A stretch of DNA of 64,000 nucleotides from Eledone cirrhosa (taxonomy: Eukaryota): assembly GCA_964016885.1 (NCBI GenBank), contig OZ024744.1, positions 133,858,001 to 133,922,000 of the forward strand, in the 5' to 3' direction. The position numbers were made by a program, and so were the translations under genes. Below are positions 10,501-22,700 of the stretch, piece by piece (the stretch's first letter is position 1; each line of letters starts with the position of its first letter). The notes beneath the pieces are model-generated. The model saw nothing but the letters and a program-made list of their open reading frames with translations. It did no database searches and was not told where the DNA came from.

Positions 10501-13500
10501 TTAAGTTGAGGTTAAGTTAAGTTGGGGTTAAGTTAAGTTGGGGTTAAGTTAAGTTGGGGATAAGTTAAGTTGGGGATAATTTAAGTTGGGGTTAAGTTAA
10601 GTTGGGTTTAAGTTAAGTTGGGGTTAAGTTAAGTTGGGGATAAGTTAAGTTGGGGTTAAGTTAAGTTGGGGTTAAGTTAAGTTGAGGTTAAATTAAGTTG
10701 GGGTTACGTTAAGTTGGTGTTAAGTTAAGTTGGGGTTAATTTAAGTTGGGGTTAATTAAGTTGGGGTTAAGTTAAGTTGGGGTTAAGTTAAGTTGGGGTT
10801 AGTTTAAGTTGGGGTTGAGTTAAGTTGGAGTTCAGTTAAGTTGGGGATAAGTTAAGTTGGGGTTAAGTTAAGTTGGGGTTAAGTTAAGTTGGGGTTAAGT
10901 TAAGTTGGTGTTAAGTTAAGTTGGGGCTAAGTTAAGTTGGGGCTGAGTTAAGTTGGGGCTGAGTTAAGTTGGGGTTAAGTTAAGTTGGGGTTGAGTTAAG
11001 TTGGGGTTAAGTTAAGTTGGGGTCAAGTTAAGTTGGGGTTAAGTTGGGGTTAAGTTAAGTTAGGTTTAAATTAAGTTGGGGTTAAGTTAAGTTGGGGTTA
11101 AGTTAAGTTGGGGTTAAGTTAAGTTGGGGTTAATTTAAGTTGGGGTTAAGTTAAGTTGGGGTTAAGTTAAGTTGGGGTTAAGTTAAGTTGGGGTTAAGTT
11201 AAGTTGGGGTTAAGTTAAGTTGAGGTTAAGTTAAGTTGGGGTTAAATTAAGTTGGGGTTAAGTTAAGTTGGGGTTAAGTTAAGTTGGGGTTAAGTTAAGT
11301 TGTGGATAAGTTAAGTTGGGGATAATTTAAGTTGGGGTTAAGTTAAGTTGGGTTTAAGTTAAGTTGGGGATAAGTTAAGTTGGGGATAAGTTAAGTTGGG
11401 GTTAAGTTAAGTTGGGGTTAAGTTAAGTTGGGGTTAAGTTAAGTTGGGGCTAAGTTAAGTTGGGGCTGAGTTAAGTTGGGGTTAAGTTAAGTTGGGGTTA
11501 AGTTAAGTTGGGGTTAATTTAAGTTGGGGTTTATTTAAGTTGGGGTTACGTTAAATTGGTGTTAAGTTAAGTTGGGGTTAATTTAAGTTGGGGTTAATTA
11601 AGTTGGGGTTAAGTTAAGTTGGGGTTAATTTAAGTTGGGGTTAATTTAAGTTGGGGTTGAGTTAAGTTGGGGTTAAGTTAAGTTGGGGTTATATTAAGTT
11701 GGGGTTAAGTTAAGTTGGGGTTCAGTTAAGTTGGGGATAAGTTAAGTTGGGGTTAAGTTAAGTTGGGGTTAAGTTAAGTTGGGGTTAAGTTAAGTTGGTG
11801 TTAAGTTAAGTTGGGGCTAATTTAAGTTGGGGCTGAGTTAAGTTGGGGCTGAGTTAAGTTGGGCTTAAGTTAAGTTGGGGTCAAGTTAAGTTGGGGTTAA
11901 GTTGGGGTTAAGTTAAGTTAGGTTTAAGTTAAGTTGGGGTTAAGTTAAGTTGGGGTTAAGTTAAGTTGGGGTCAAATTAAGTCGGGGTTAAGTTGGGGTT
12001 AAGTTAAGTTAGGGTTAAGTTAAGTCGGGGTTAAGTTAAGTTGGGGTTAAGTTAAGTTGGGGTTAAGTTAAGTTGGGGTTAAGTTAAGTTGGGGTTAAGT
12101 TAATTTGTGGTTAAGTTAAGTTGGGGTTAAGTTAAGTTGGGGTTAAGTTAAGTTGGGGTTAAGTTAAGTCGGGGTTAAGTTAAGTTGGGGTTAAGTTAAG
12201 TTGGGGTTAATTTAAGTTGGGGTTAAGTTAAGTTGGGGTTAAGTTAAGTTGGGGTTAAGTTAAGATGGGGTTAAGTTAAGTTGGGGTTAAGTTAAGTTGA
12301 GGTTAAGTTAAGTTGGGGTTAAATTAAGTTGGGGTTAAGTTAAGTTGGGGTCAAGTTAAGTTGGGGTTAAGTTAAGTTGAGGATAAGTTAAGTTGGGGAT
12401 AATTTAAGTTGGGGTTAAGTTAAGTTGGGTTTAAGTTAAGTTGGGGTTAAGTTAAGTTGGGGTTAAGTTAAGTTGGGGTTAAGTTAAGTTGGGGTTAAGT
12501 TAAGTTGGGGTTAAGTTAAGTTGGGGCTAAGTTAAGTTGGGGCTGAGTTAAGTTGGGGTTAAGTTAAGCTGGGGTTAAGTTAAGTTGGGGTTAAGTTAAG
12601 TTGGGGTTTATTTAAGTTGGGGTTAAATTAAGTTGGGGTTCAGTTAAGTTGGGGTTAAGATAAGTTGGGGTTAAGATGGGGTTAAATTAAGTTGGGGTTA
12701 AGTTAAGTTGGAGTTAAGTTAAGTTGGGGTTAAGTTAAGTTGGGGTTAAGTTAAGTCGGGGTTAAGTTAAGTCGGGGTTAAGTTAAGTTAGGGTTCAGTT
12801 AAGTTGGGGTTAAGTTAAGTTGGGGTTGAGTTAAGTTGGGGTTGAGTTAAATTGGGGTTGAGTTAAGTTGGGGTTGAGTTAAGTTGGTTTTGAGTTAAGT
12901 TGGGGTTAAGTTAAGTTGGGGTTAAGTTAAGTTGCAGTTAAGTTAAGTTGAGGTTAAGTTAAGGTGCGGTTAAGTTAAGTTGGGGTTAAGTTAAGTTGGG
13001 GCTAAGTTAAGTTGGGGCTAAGTTAAGTTGGGGCTAAGTTAAGTTGGGGTTAAGTTAAGTTGGGGTTAAGTTAAGTCGGGGTTAAGTTAAGTTGGGGTTA
13101 AGTTAAGTTGAGGTTAATTTAATTTGGGGTTAAGTTAAGTTGGGGTTAAGTTAAGTTGGGGCTAAGTTAAGTTGGGGTTAAGTTAAGTTGGGTTTAAGTT
13201 AAGTTGGGGTTAAGTTAAGTTGGGGTCAAGTTAAGTTGGGGTTAAGTTAAGTTGGTTAGTTAAGTTGAGTTTAAGTTAAGTTGGGGTTAAGTTAAGTTGG
13301 GGTTAAGTTAAGATGGGGTTAATTTAAGTTGCGGTTGAGTTAAGTTGGGGTTAAGTTAAGTTGGGGTTATATTAAGTTGGGGTTAAGTTAAGTTGGGGTT
13401 CAGTTAAGTTGGGGATAAGTAAAGTTGGGGTTAAGTTAAGTTGGGGCTAAGTTAAGTTGGGGCTGAGTTAAGTTGGGGCTGAGTTAAGTTGGGGTTAAGT

Positions 13501-13782
13501 TAAGTTGGGGTTGAGTTAAGTTGGGGTTAAGTTAATTTGTGGTTAAGTTAAGTTGGGGTTAAGTTAAGTTGGGGTTAAGTTAAGTTGGGGTTAAATTAAG
13601 TTGAGGTTAAGTTAAGTTGGGGTTAAGTTAAGTTGGGGTTAAGTTAAGTTGGGGATAAGTTAAGTTGGGGATAATTTAAGTTGGGGTTAAGTTAAGTTGG
13701 GTTTAAGTTAAGTTGGGGTTAAGTTAAGTTGGGGATAAGTTAAGTTGGGGTTAAGTTAAGTTGGGGTTAAGTTAAGTTGAGG
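7591..13782 (+). repeat. Near-perfect tandem duplication, period 3,095 bp (copy 1 7591-10685, copy 2 10686-13780)
   Basis: GGAGTTCAG at 7732/10827, GTAAAG at 10324/13419, and the A of TGAGG at 10685/13780 all give offset 3095. Identity breaks at 13783 (C) versus 10688 (T). Confidence 0.92.
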
Positions 13783-16700
13783 CTAAGTTAAGTTGGGGCT
13801 GAGTTAAGTTGGGGTTAAGTTAAGTTGGGGTTAAGTTAAGTTGGGGTTAATTTAAGTTGGGGTTTATTTAAGTTGGGGTTACGTTAAGTTGGTGTTAAGT
13901 TAAGTTGGGGTTAATTTAAGTTGGGGTTAATTAAGTTGGGGTTAAGTTAAGTTGGGGTTAAGTTAAGAAGGGGTTAATTTAAGTTGGGATTGAGTTAAGT
14001 TGGGGTTAAGTTAAGTTGGGGTTAAGTTAAGTTGGTGTTAAGTTAAGTTGTGGCTAAGTTAAGTTGGGGCTGAGTTAAGTTGGGGCTGAGTTAAGTTGGG
14101 GTTAAGTTAAGTTGGGGTTGAGTTAAGTTGGGGTTAAGTTAAGTTGGGGTCAAATTAAGTCGGGGTTAAGTTGGGGTTAAGTTAAGTTAGGGTTAAGTTA
14201 AGTCGGGGTTAAGTTAAGTTGGGGTTAAGTTAAGTTGGGGTTAAGTTAAGTTGGGGTTAAGTTAAGTTGGGGTTAAGTTAATTTGTGGTTAAGTTAAGTT
14301 GGGGTTAAGTTAAGTCGGGGTTAAGTTAAGTTGGGGTTAAGTTAAGTCGGGGTTAAGTTAAGTTGGGGTTAAGTTAAGTTGGGGTTAATTTAAGTTGGGG
14401 TTAAGTTAAGTTGGGGTTAAGTTAAGTTGGGGTTAAGTTAAGATGGGGTTAAGTTAAGTTGGGGTTAAGTTAAGTTGAGGTTAAGTTAAGTTGGGGTTAA
14501 ATTAAGTTGGGGTTAAGTTAAGTTGGGGTTACGTTAAGCTGGGGTTAAGTTAAGTTGAGGATAAGTTAAGTTGGGGATAATTTAAGTTGGGGTTAAGTTA
14601 AGTTGGGTTTAAGTTAAGTTGGGGTTAAGTTAAGTTGGGGTTAAGTTAAGTTGGGGTTAAGTTAAGTTGGGGTTAAGTTAAGTTGGGGTTAAGTTAAGTT
14701 GGGGCTAAGTTAAGTTGGGGCTGAGTTAAGTTGGGGTTAAGTTAAGCTGGGGTTAAGTTAAGTTGGGGTTAAGTTAAGTTGGGGTTTATTTAAGTTGGGG
14801 TTAAATTAAGTTGGGGTTCAGTTAAGTTGGGGTTAAGATAAGTTGGGGTTAAGATGGGGTTAAATTAAGTTGGGGTTAAGTTAAGTTGGGGTTAAGTTAA
14901 GTTGGGGTTAAGTTAAGTTGGGGTTAAGTTAAGTCGGGGTTAAGTTAAGTCGGGGTTAAGTTAAGTTAGGGTTCAGTTAAGTTGGGGTTAAGTTAAGTTG
15001 GGGTTGAGTTAAGTTGGGGTTGAGTTAAATTGGGGTTGAGTTAAGTTGGGGTTGAGTTAAGTTGGTTTTGAGTTAAGTTGGGGTTAAGTTAAGTTGGGGT
15101 TAAGTTAAGTTGCAGTTAAGTTAAGTTGAGGTTAAGTTAAGGTGCGGTTAAGTTAAGTTGGGGTTAAGTTAAGTTGGGGCTAAGTTAAGTTGGGGCTAAG
15201 TTAAGTTGGGGCTAAGTTAAGTTGGGGTTAAGTTAAGTTGGGGTTAAGTTAAGTCGGGGTTAAGTTAAGTTGGGGTTAAGTTAAGTTGAGGTTAATTTAA
15301 TTTGGGGTTAAGTTAAGTTGGGGTTAAGTTAAGTTGGGGCTAAGTTAAGTTGGGGTTAGGTTAAGTTGGGTTTAAGTTAAGTTGGGGTTAAGTTAAGTTG
15401 GGGTCAAGTTAAGTTGGGGTTAAGTTAAGTTGGTTAGTTAAGTTGAGTTTAAGTTAAGTTGGGGTTAAGTTAAGTTGGGGTTAAGTTAAGTTGGGGTTAA
15501 GTTAAGTTGGGGTTAAGTTAAGTTGGGGTTAAGTTAAGTTGGGGTTAAGTTAAGTCGGGGTTAATTTAAGTCGGGGTTAAGTTAAGTTAGGGTTCAGTTA
15601 AGTTGGGGTTAAGTTAAGTTGGGGTTGAGTTAAGTTGGGGTTGAGTTAAATTGGCGTTGAGTTAAGTTGGGGTTGAGCTAAGTTGGTGTTGAGTTAAGTT
15701 GGGGTTAAGTTAAGTTGGGGTTAAGTTAAGTTGCAGTTAAGTTAAGTTGAGGTTAAGTTAAGGTGGGGTTAAGTTAAGTCGGGGTTAAGTTAAGTTGTGG
15801 TTGAGTTAAGTTGGGGTTAATTTAATTTGGGGCTAAGTTAATTTGTGGTTAAGTTAAGTTGGGGTTAAGTTAAGTTGGGGTTAAGTTAAGTTGGGGTTGA
15901 GTTAAGTTGGGGTTGAGTTAATTTGGGGTTAAGTTAAGTTGGGGTTAAGTTAAGTTGGGTTTAAGTTAAGTAGGGGTTAAATTAAGTTGGGGTTAAATTA
16001 AGGTGGGGTGAAGTTAAGTTGGGGGTAAGTTAAGTTGGGGGCAAGTTAAGTTGGGGTTAATTTAAGTTGGGGTTAAATTAAGTTGGGGTTACGTTAAGTT
16101 GGTGTTAATTTAAGTTGGGGTTAATTTAAGTTGGGGTTAATTAAGTTGGGGTTAAGTTAAGTTGGGGTTAAATTAAGTTGGGGTTAGTTTAAGTTGGGGT
16201 TGAGTTAAGTTGGAGTTCAGTTAAGTTGGGGATAAGTTAAGTTGGGGTTAAGTTAAGTTGGGGTTAAGTTAAGTTGGGGTTAAGTTAAGTTGGTGTTAAG
16301 TTAAGTTGGGGCTAAGTTAAGTTGGGGCTGAGTTAAGTTGGGGCTGAGTTAAGTTGGGGTTAAGTTAAGTTGGGGTTGAGTTAAGTTGGGGTTAAGTTAA
16401 GTTGGGGTCAAGTTAAGTTGGGGTTAAGTTGGGGTTAAGTTAAGTTAGGTTTAAGTTAAGTTGGGGTTAAGTTAAGTTGGGGTTAAGTTAAGTTGGGGTT
16501 AAGTTAAGTTGGGGTTAAGTTAAGTTGGGGTTAAGTTAATTTGTGGTTAAGTTAAGTTGGGGTTAATTTAAGTTGGGGTTAAGTTAAGTTGGGGTTAAGT
16601 TAAGTCGGGGTTAAGTTAAGTTGGGGTTAAGTTAAGTTGGGGTTAATTTAAGTTGGGGTTAAGTTGAGTTGGGGTTAAGTTAAGTTGGGGTTAAGTTAAG

Positions 16701-19700
16701 TTGAGGTTAAGTTAAGTTGGGGTTAAATTAAGTTGGGGTTAAGTTAAGTTGGGGTTAAGTTAAGTTGGGGTTAAGTTAAGTTGGGGATAAGTTAAGTTGG
16801 GAATAATTTAAGTTGGGGTTAAGTTAAGTTGGGTTTAAGTTAAGTTGGGGATAAGTTAAGTTGGGGATAAGTTAAGTTGGGGTTAAGTTAAGTTGGGGTT
16901 AAGTTAAGTTGGGGTTAAGTTAAGTTGGAGCTAAGTTAAGTTGGGGCTGAGTTAAGTTGGGGTTAAGTTAAGTTGGGGTTAAGTTAAGTTGGGGTTAATT
17001 TAAGTTGGGGTTTATTTAAGTTGGGGTTACGTTAAATTGGTGTTAAGTTAAGTTGGGGTTAATTTAAGTTGGGGTTAATTAATTTGTGGTTAAGTTAAGT
17101 TGGGGTTAATTTAAGTTGGGGTTAATTTAAGTTGGGGTTGAGTTAAGTTGGGGTTAAGTTAAGTTGGGGTTATATTAAGTTGGGGTTAAGTTAAGTTGGG
17201 GTTCAGTTAAGTTGGGGATAAGTTAAGTTGGGGTTAAGTTAAGTTGGGGTTAAGTTAAGTTGGGGTTAAGTTAAGTTGGTGTTAAGTTAAGTTGGGGCTA
17301 ATTTAAGTTGGGGCTGAGTTAAGTTGGGGCTGAGTTAAGTTGGGGTTAAGTTAAGTTGGGGTCAAGTTAAGTTGGGGTTAAGTTGGGGTTAAGTTAAGTT
17401 AGGTTTAAGTTGAGTTGGGGTTAAGTTAAGTTGGGGTTAAGTTAAGTTGGGGTTAAATTAAGTTGGGGTTAAGTTAAGTTGGGGTTAAGTTAATTTGTGG
17501 TTAAGTTAAGTTGGGGTTAAGTTAAGTTGGGGTTAAGTTAAGTTGGGGTTAAGTTAAGTCGGGGTTAAGTTAAGTTGGGGTTAAGTTAAGTTGGGGTTAA
17601 TTTAAGTTGGGGTTAAGTTAAGTTGGGGTCAAGTTAAGTTGGGGTTAAGTTGGGGTTAAGTTAAGTTAGGTTTAAGTTAAGTTGGGGTTAAGTTAAGTTG
17701 GGGTTAAGTTAAGTTGGAGTTAAGTTAAGTTGGGGTTAAGTTAATTTGTGGTTAAGTTAAGTTGGGGTTAAGTTAAGTTGGGCTTAAGTTAAGTTGGGGT
17801 TAAGTTAAGTCGGGGTTAAGTTAAGTTGGGGTTAAGTTAAGTTGGGGTTAATTTAAGTTGGGGTTTATTTAAGTTGGGGTTACGTTAAGTTGGTGTTAAG
17901 TTAAGTTGGGGTTAATTTAAGTTGGGGTTAATTAAGTTGGGGTTAAGTTAAGTTGGGGTTAAGTTAAGATGGGGTTAATTTAAGTTGGGGTTGAGTTAAG
18001 TTGGGGTTAAGTTAAGTTGGGGTTATATTAAGTTGGGGTTAAGTTAAGTTGGGGTTCAGTTAAGTTGGGGATAAGTTAAGTTGGGGTTAAGTTAAGTTGG
18101 GGTTAAGTTAAGTTGGGGTTAAGTTAAGTTGGTGTTAAGTTAAGTTGTGGCTAAGTTAAGTTGGCGCTGAGTTAAGTTGGGGTTAAGTTAAGTTGGGGTT
18201 AAGTTAAGTTGGGATTAATTTAAGTTGGGGTTTATTTAAGTTGGGGTTACGTTAAGTTGGTGTTAAGTTAAGTTGGGGTTAATTTAAGTTGGGGTTAATT
18301 AAGTTGGGGTTAAGTTAAGTTGGGGTTAAGTTAAGATGGGGTTAATTTAAGTTGCGGTTGAGTTAAGTTGGGGTTAAGTTAAGTTGGGGTTATATTAAGT
18401 TGGGGTTAAGTTAAGTTGGGGTTCAGTTAAGTTGGGGATAAGTTAAGTTGGGGTTAAGTTAAGTTGGGGTTAAGTTAAGTTGGGGTTAAGTTAAGTTGGT
18501 GTTAAGTTAAGTTGTGGCTAAGTTAAGTTGGGGCTGAGTTAAGTTGGGGCTGAGTTAAGTTGGGGTTAAGTTAAGTTGGGGTTGAGTTAAGTTGGGGTTA
18601 AGTTAAGTTGGGGTCAAGTTAAGTTGGGGTTAAGTTGGGGTTAAGTTAAGTTAGGTTTAAGTTAAGTTGGGGTTAAGTTAAGTTGGGGTTAAGTTAAGTT
18701 GGGGTTAAGTTAAGTTGGGGTTAAGTTAAGTTGGGGTTAAGTTAATTTGTGGTTAAGTTAAGTTGGGGTTAAGTTAAGTTGGGGTTAAGTTAAGTTGGGG
18801 TTAAGTTAAGTCGGGGTTAAGTTAAGTTGGGGTTAAGTTAAGTTGGGGTTAATTTAAGTTGGGGTTAAGTTAAGTTGGGGTTAAGTTAAGTTGGGGTTAA
18901 GTTAAGATGGGGTTAAGTTAAGTTGGGGTTAAGTTAAGTTGAGGTTAAGTTAAGTTGGGGTTAAATTAAGTTGGGGTTAAGTTAAGTTGGGGTTAAGTTA
19001 AGTTGGGGCTAAGTTAAGTTGGGGCTGAGTTAAGTTGGGGTTAAGTTAAGTTGGGGTTAAGTTAAGTTGGGGTTAAGTTAAGTTGGGGTTTATTTAAGTT
19101 GGGGTTAAATTAAGTTGGGGTTCAGTTAAGTTGGGGTTAAGATAAGTTGGGGTTAAGATGGGGTTAAATTAAGTTGGGGTTAAGTTAAGTTGGGGTTAAG
19201 TTAAGTTGGGGTTAAGTTAAGTTGGGGTTAAGTTAAGTCGGGGTTAAGTTAAGTTGTGGTTGAGTTAAGTTGGGGTTAATTTAAGTTGGGGCTAAGTTAA
19301 TTTGTGGTTAAGTTAAGTTGGGGTTAAGTTAAGTTGGGGTTAAGTTAAGTTGGGTTTGAGTTAAGTTGGGGTTGAGTTAATTTGGGGTTAAGTTAAGTTG
19401 GGGTTAAGTTAAGTTGGGTTTAAGTTAAGTTGGGGTTAAATTAAGTTGGGGTTAAATTAAGTTGGGGTTAAGTTAAGTTGGGGGTAAGTTAAGTTGGGGG
19501 CAAGTTAAGTTGGGGTTAATTTAAGTTGGGGTTAAATTAAGTTGGGGTTACGTTAAGTTGGTGTTAAGTTAAGTTGTGGTTAATTTAAGTTGGGGTTAAT
19601 TAAGTTGGGGTTAAGTTAAGTTGGGGTTAAGTTGGGGTTAAGTTAAGTTGGGGTTAAGTTAAGTTGGGGTTAAGTTAAGTTGAGGTTAAGTTAAGTTGGG

Positions 19701-22700
19701 GTTAAATTAAGTTGGGGGTACGTTAAGTTGGGGTTAAGTTAAGTTGGGGTTAAGTTAAGTTGGGGTTAAGTTAAGTTGGGGTTAAGTTAAGTTGGGGTTA
19801 AGTTAAGTTGGTGTTAAGTTAAGTTGGGGCTAAGTTAAGTTGGGGCTGAGTTAAGTTGGGGCTGAGTTAAGTTGGGGTTAAGTTAAGTTGGGGTTGAGTT
19901 AAGTTGGGGTTAAGTTAAGTTGGAGTCAAGTTAAGTTGGGGTTAAGTTGGGGTTAAGTTAAGTTAGGTTTAAGTTAAGTTGGGGTTAAGTTAAGTTGGGG
20001 TTAAGTTAAGTTGGGGTTAAGTTAAGTTGGGGTTAAGTTAAGTTGGGGTTAAGTTAATTTGTGGTTAAGTTAAGTTGGGGTTAAGTTAAGTTGGGGTTAA
20101 ATTAAGTTGGGGTTAAGTTAAGTCGGGGTTAAGTTAAGTTGGGGTTAAGTTAAGTTGGGGTTAATTTAAGTTGGGGTTAAGTTAAGTTGGGGTTAAGTTA
20201 AGTTGGGGTTAAGTTAAGTTGGGGTTAAGTTAAGTTGGGGTTAAGTTAAGTTGAGGTTAAGTTAAGTTGGGGTTAAATTAAGTTGGGGTTAAGTTAAGTT
20301 GGGGTTAAGTTAAGTTGGGGTTAAGTTAAGTTAGGGATAAGTTAAGTTGGGGATAATTTAAGTTGGGGTTAAGTTAAGTTGGGTTTAAGTTAAGTTGGGG
20401 ATAAGTTAAGTTGAGGATAAGTTAAGTTGGGGTTAAGTTAAGTTGGGGTTAAGTTAAGTTGGGGTTAAGTTAAGTTGGGGCTAAGTTAAGTTGGGGCTGA
20501 GTTAAGTTGGGGTTAAGTTAAGTTGGGGTTAAGTTAAGTTGGGGTTAATTTAAGTTGTGGTTTATTTAAGTTGGGGTTACGTTAAATTGGTGTTAAGTTA
20601 AGTTGGGGTTAATTTAAGTTGGGGTTAATTAAGTTGGGGTTAAGTTAAGTTGGGGTTAAGTTAAGTTGGGGTTAATTTAAGTTGGGGTTGAGTTAAGTTG
20701 GGTTTAAGTTAAGTTGGGGTTATATTAAGTTGGGGTTAAGTTAAGTTGGGGTTCAGTTAAGTTGGGGATAAGTTAAGTTGGGGTTAAGTTAAGTTGGGGT
20801 TAAGTTAAGTTGGGGTTAAGTTAAGTTGGTGTTAAGTTAAGTTGGGGCTAATTTAAGTTGGGGCTGAGTTAAGTTGGGGCTGAGTTAAGTTGGGGTTAAG
20901 TTAAGTTGGGGTCAAGTTAAGTTGGGGTTAAGTTAGGGTTAAGTTAAGTTAGGTTTAAGTTAAGTTGGGGTTAAGTTAAGTTGGGGTTAAGTTAATTTGT
21001 GGTTAAGTTAAGTTGGGGTTAAGTTAAGTTGGGGTTAAGTTAAGTTGGGGTTAAGTTAAGTCGGGGTTAAGTTAAGTTGGGTTAAGTTAAGTTGGGGTTA
21101 AGTTAAGTTGGGGTTAAGTTAATTTGTGGTTAAGTTAAGTTGGGGTTAAGTTAAGTTGGGGTTAAGTTAAGTTGGGGTTAAGTTAAGTCGGGGTTAAGTT
21201 AAGTTGGGGTTAAGTTAAGTTGGGGTTAATTTAAGTTGGGGTTAAGTTAAGTTGGGGTTAAGTTAAGTTGGGGTTAAGTTAAGATGGGGTTAAGTTAAGT
21301 TGGGGCTAAGTTAAGTTGAGGTTAAGTTAAGTTGGGGTTAAATTAAGTTGGGGTTAAGTTAAGTTGGGGTTAAGTTAAGTTGGGGCTAAGTTAAGTTGGG
21401 GCTGAGTTAAGTTGGGGTTAAGTTAAGTTGGGGTTAAGTTAAGTTGGGGTTAAGTTAAGTTGGGGTTTATTTAAGTTGGGGTTAAATTAAGTTGGGGTTC
21501 AGTTAAGTTGGGGTTAAGATAAGTTGGGGTTAAGATGGGGTTAAATTAAGTTGGGGTTAAGTTAAGTTGGGGTTAAGTTAAGTTGGGGTTAAGTTAAGTC
21601 GGGGTTAAGTTAAGTCGGGGTTAAGTTAAGTTAGGGTTCAGTTAAGTTGGGGTTAAGTTAAGTTGGGGTTGAGTTAAGTTGGGGTTGAGTTAAATTGGGG
21701 TTGAGTTAAGTTGGGGTTGAGTTAAGTTGGTTTTGAGTTAAGTTGGGGTTAAGTTAAGTTGGGGTTAAGTTAAGGTGCGGTTAAGTTAAGTTAGGGTTAA
21801 GTTAAGTTGGGGCTAAGTTAAGTTGGGGCTAAGTTAAGTTGGGGCTAAGTTAAGTCGGGGTTAAGTTAAGTTGGGGTTAAGTTAAGTTGAGGTTAATTTA
21901 ATTTGGGGTTAAGTTAAGTTGGGGTTAAGTTAAGTTGGGGTTAAGTTAAGTTGGGGTTAAGTTAAGTTGGGTTTAAGTTAAGTTGGGGTTAAGTTAAGTT
22001 GGGGTCAAGTTAAGTTGGGGTTAAGTTAAGTTGGGGTTGAGTTAAGTTGGGGTTGAGTTAAATTGGCGTTGAGTTAAGTTGGGGTTGAGTTAAGTTGGTG
22101 TTGAGTTAAGTTGGGGTTAAGTTAAGTTGGGGTTAAGTTAAGTTGCAGTTAAGTTAAGTTGAGGTTAAGTTAAGGTGGGGTTAAGTTAAGTCGGGGTTAA
22201 GTTAAGTTGTGGTTGAGTTAAGTTGGGGTTAATTTAAGTTGGGGCTAAGTTAATTTGTGGTTAAGTTAAGTTGGGGTTAAGTTAAGTTGGGGTTAAGTTA
22301 AGTTGGGTTTGAGTTAAGTTGGGGTTGAGTTAATTTGGGGTTAAGTTAAGTTGGGGTTAAGTTAAGTTGGGTTTAAGTTAAGTTGGGGTTAAATTAAGTT
22401 GGGGTTAAATTAAGTTGGGGTTAAGTTAAGTTGGGGGTAAGTTAAGTTAGGGACAAGTTAAGTTGGGGTTAATTTAAGTTGGGGTTAAATTAAGTTGGGG
22501 TTACGTTAAGTTGGTGTTAAGTTAAGTTGGGGTTAATTTAAGTTGGGGTTAATTAAGTTGGGGTTAAGTTAAGTTGGGGTTAAGTTAAGTTGGGGTTAAG
22601 TTAAGTTGGGGTTAAGTTAAGTTGGGGTTAAGTTAAGTTGAGGTTAAGTTAAGTTGGGGTTAAATTAAGTTGGGGGTACGTTAAGTTGGGGTTAAGTTAA

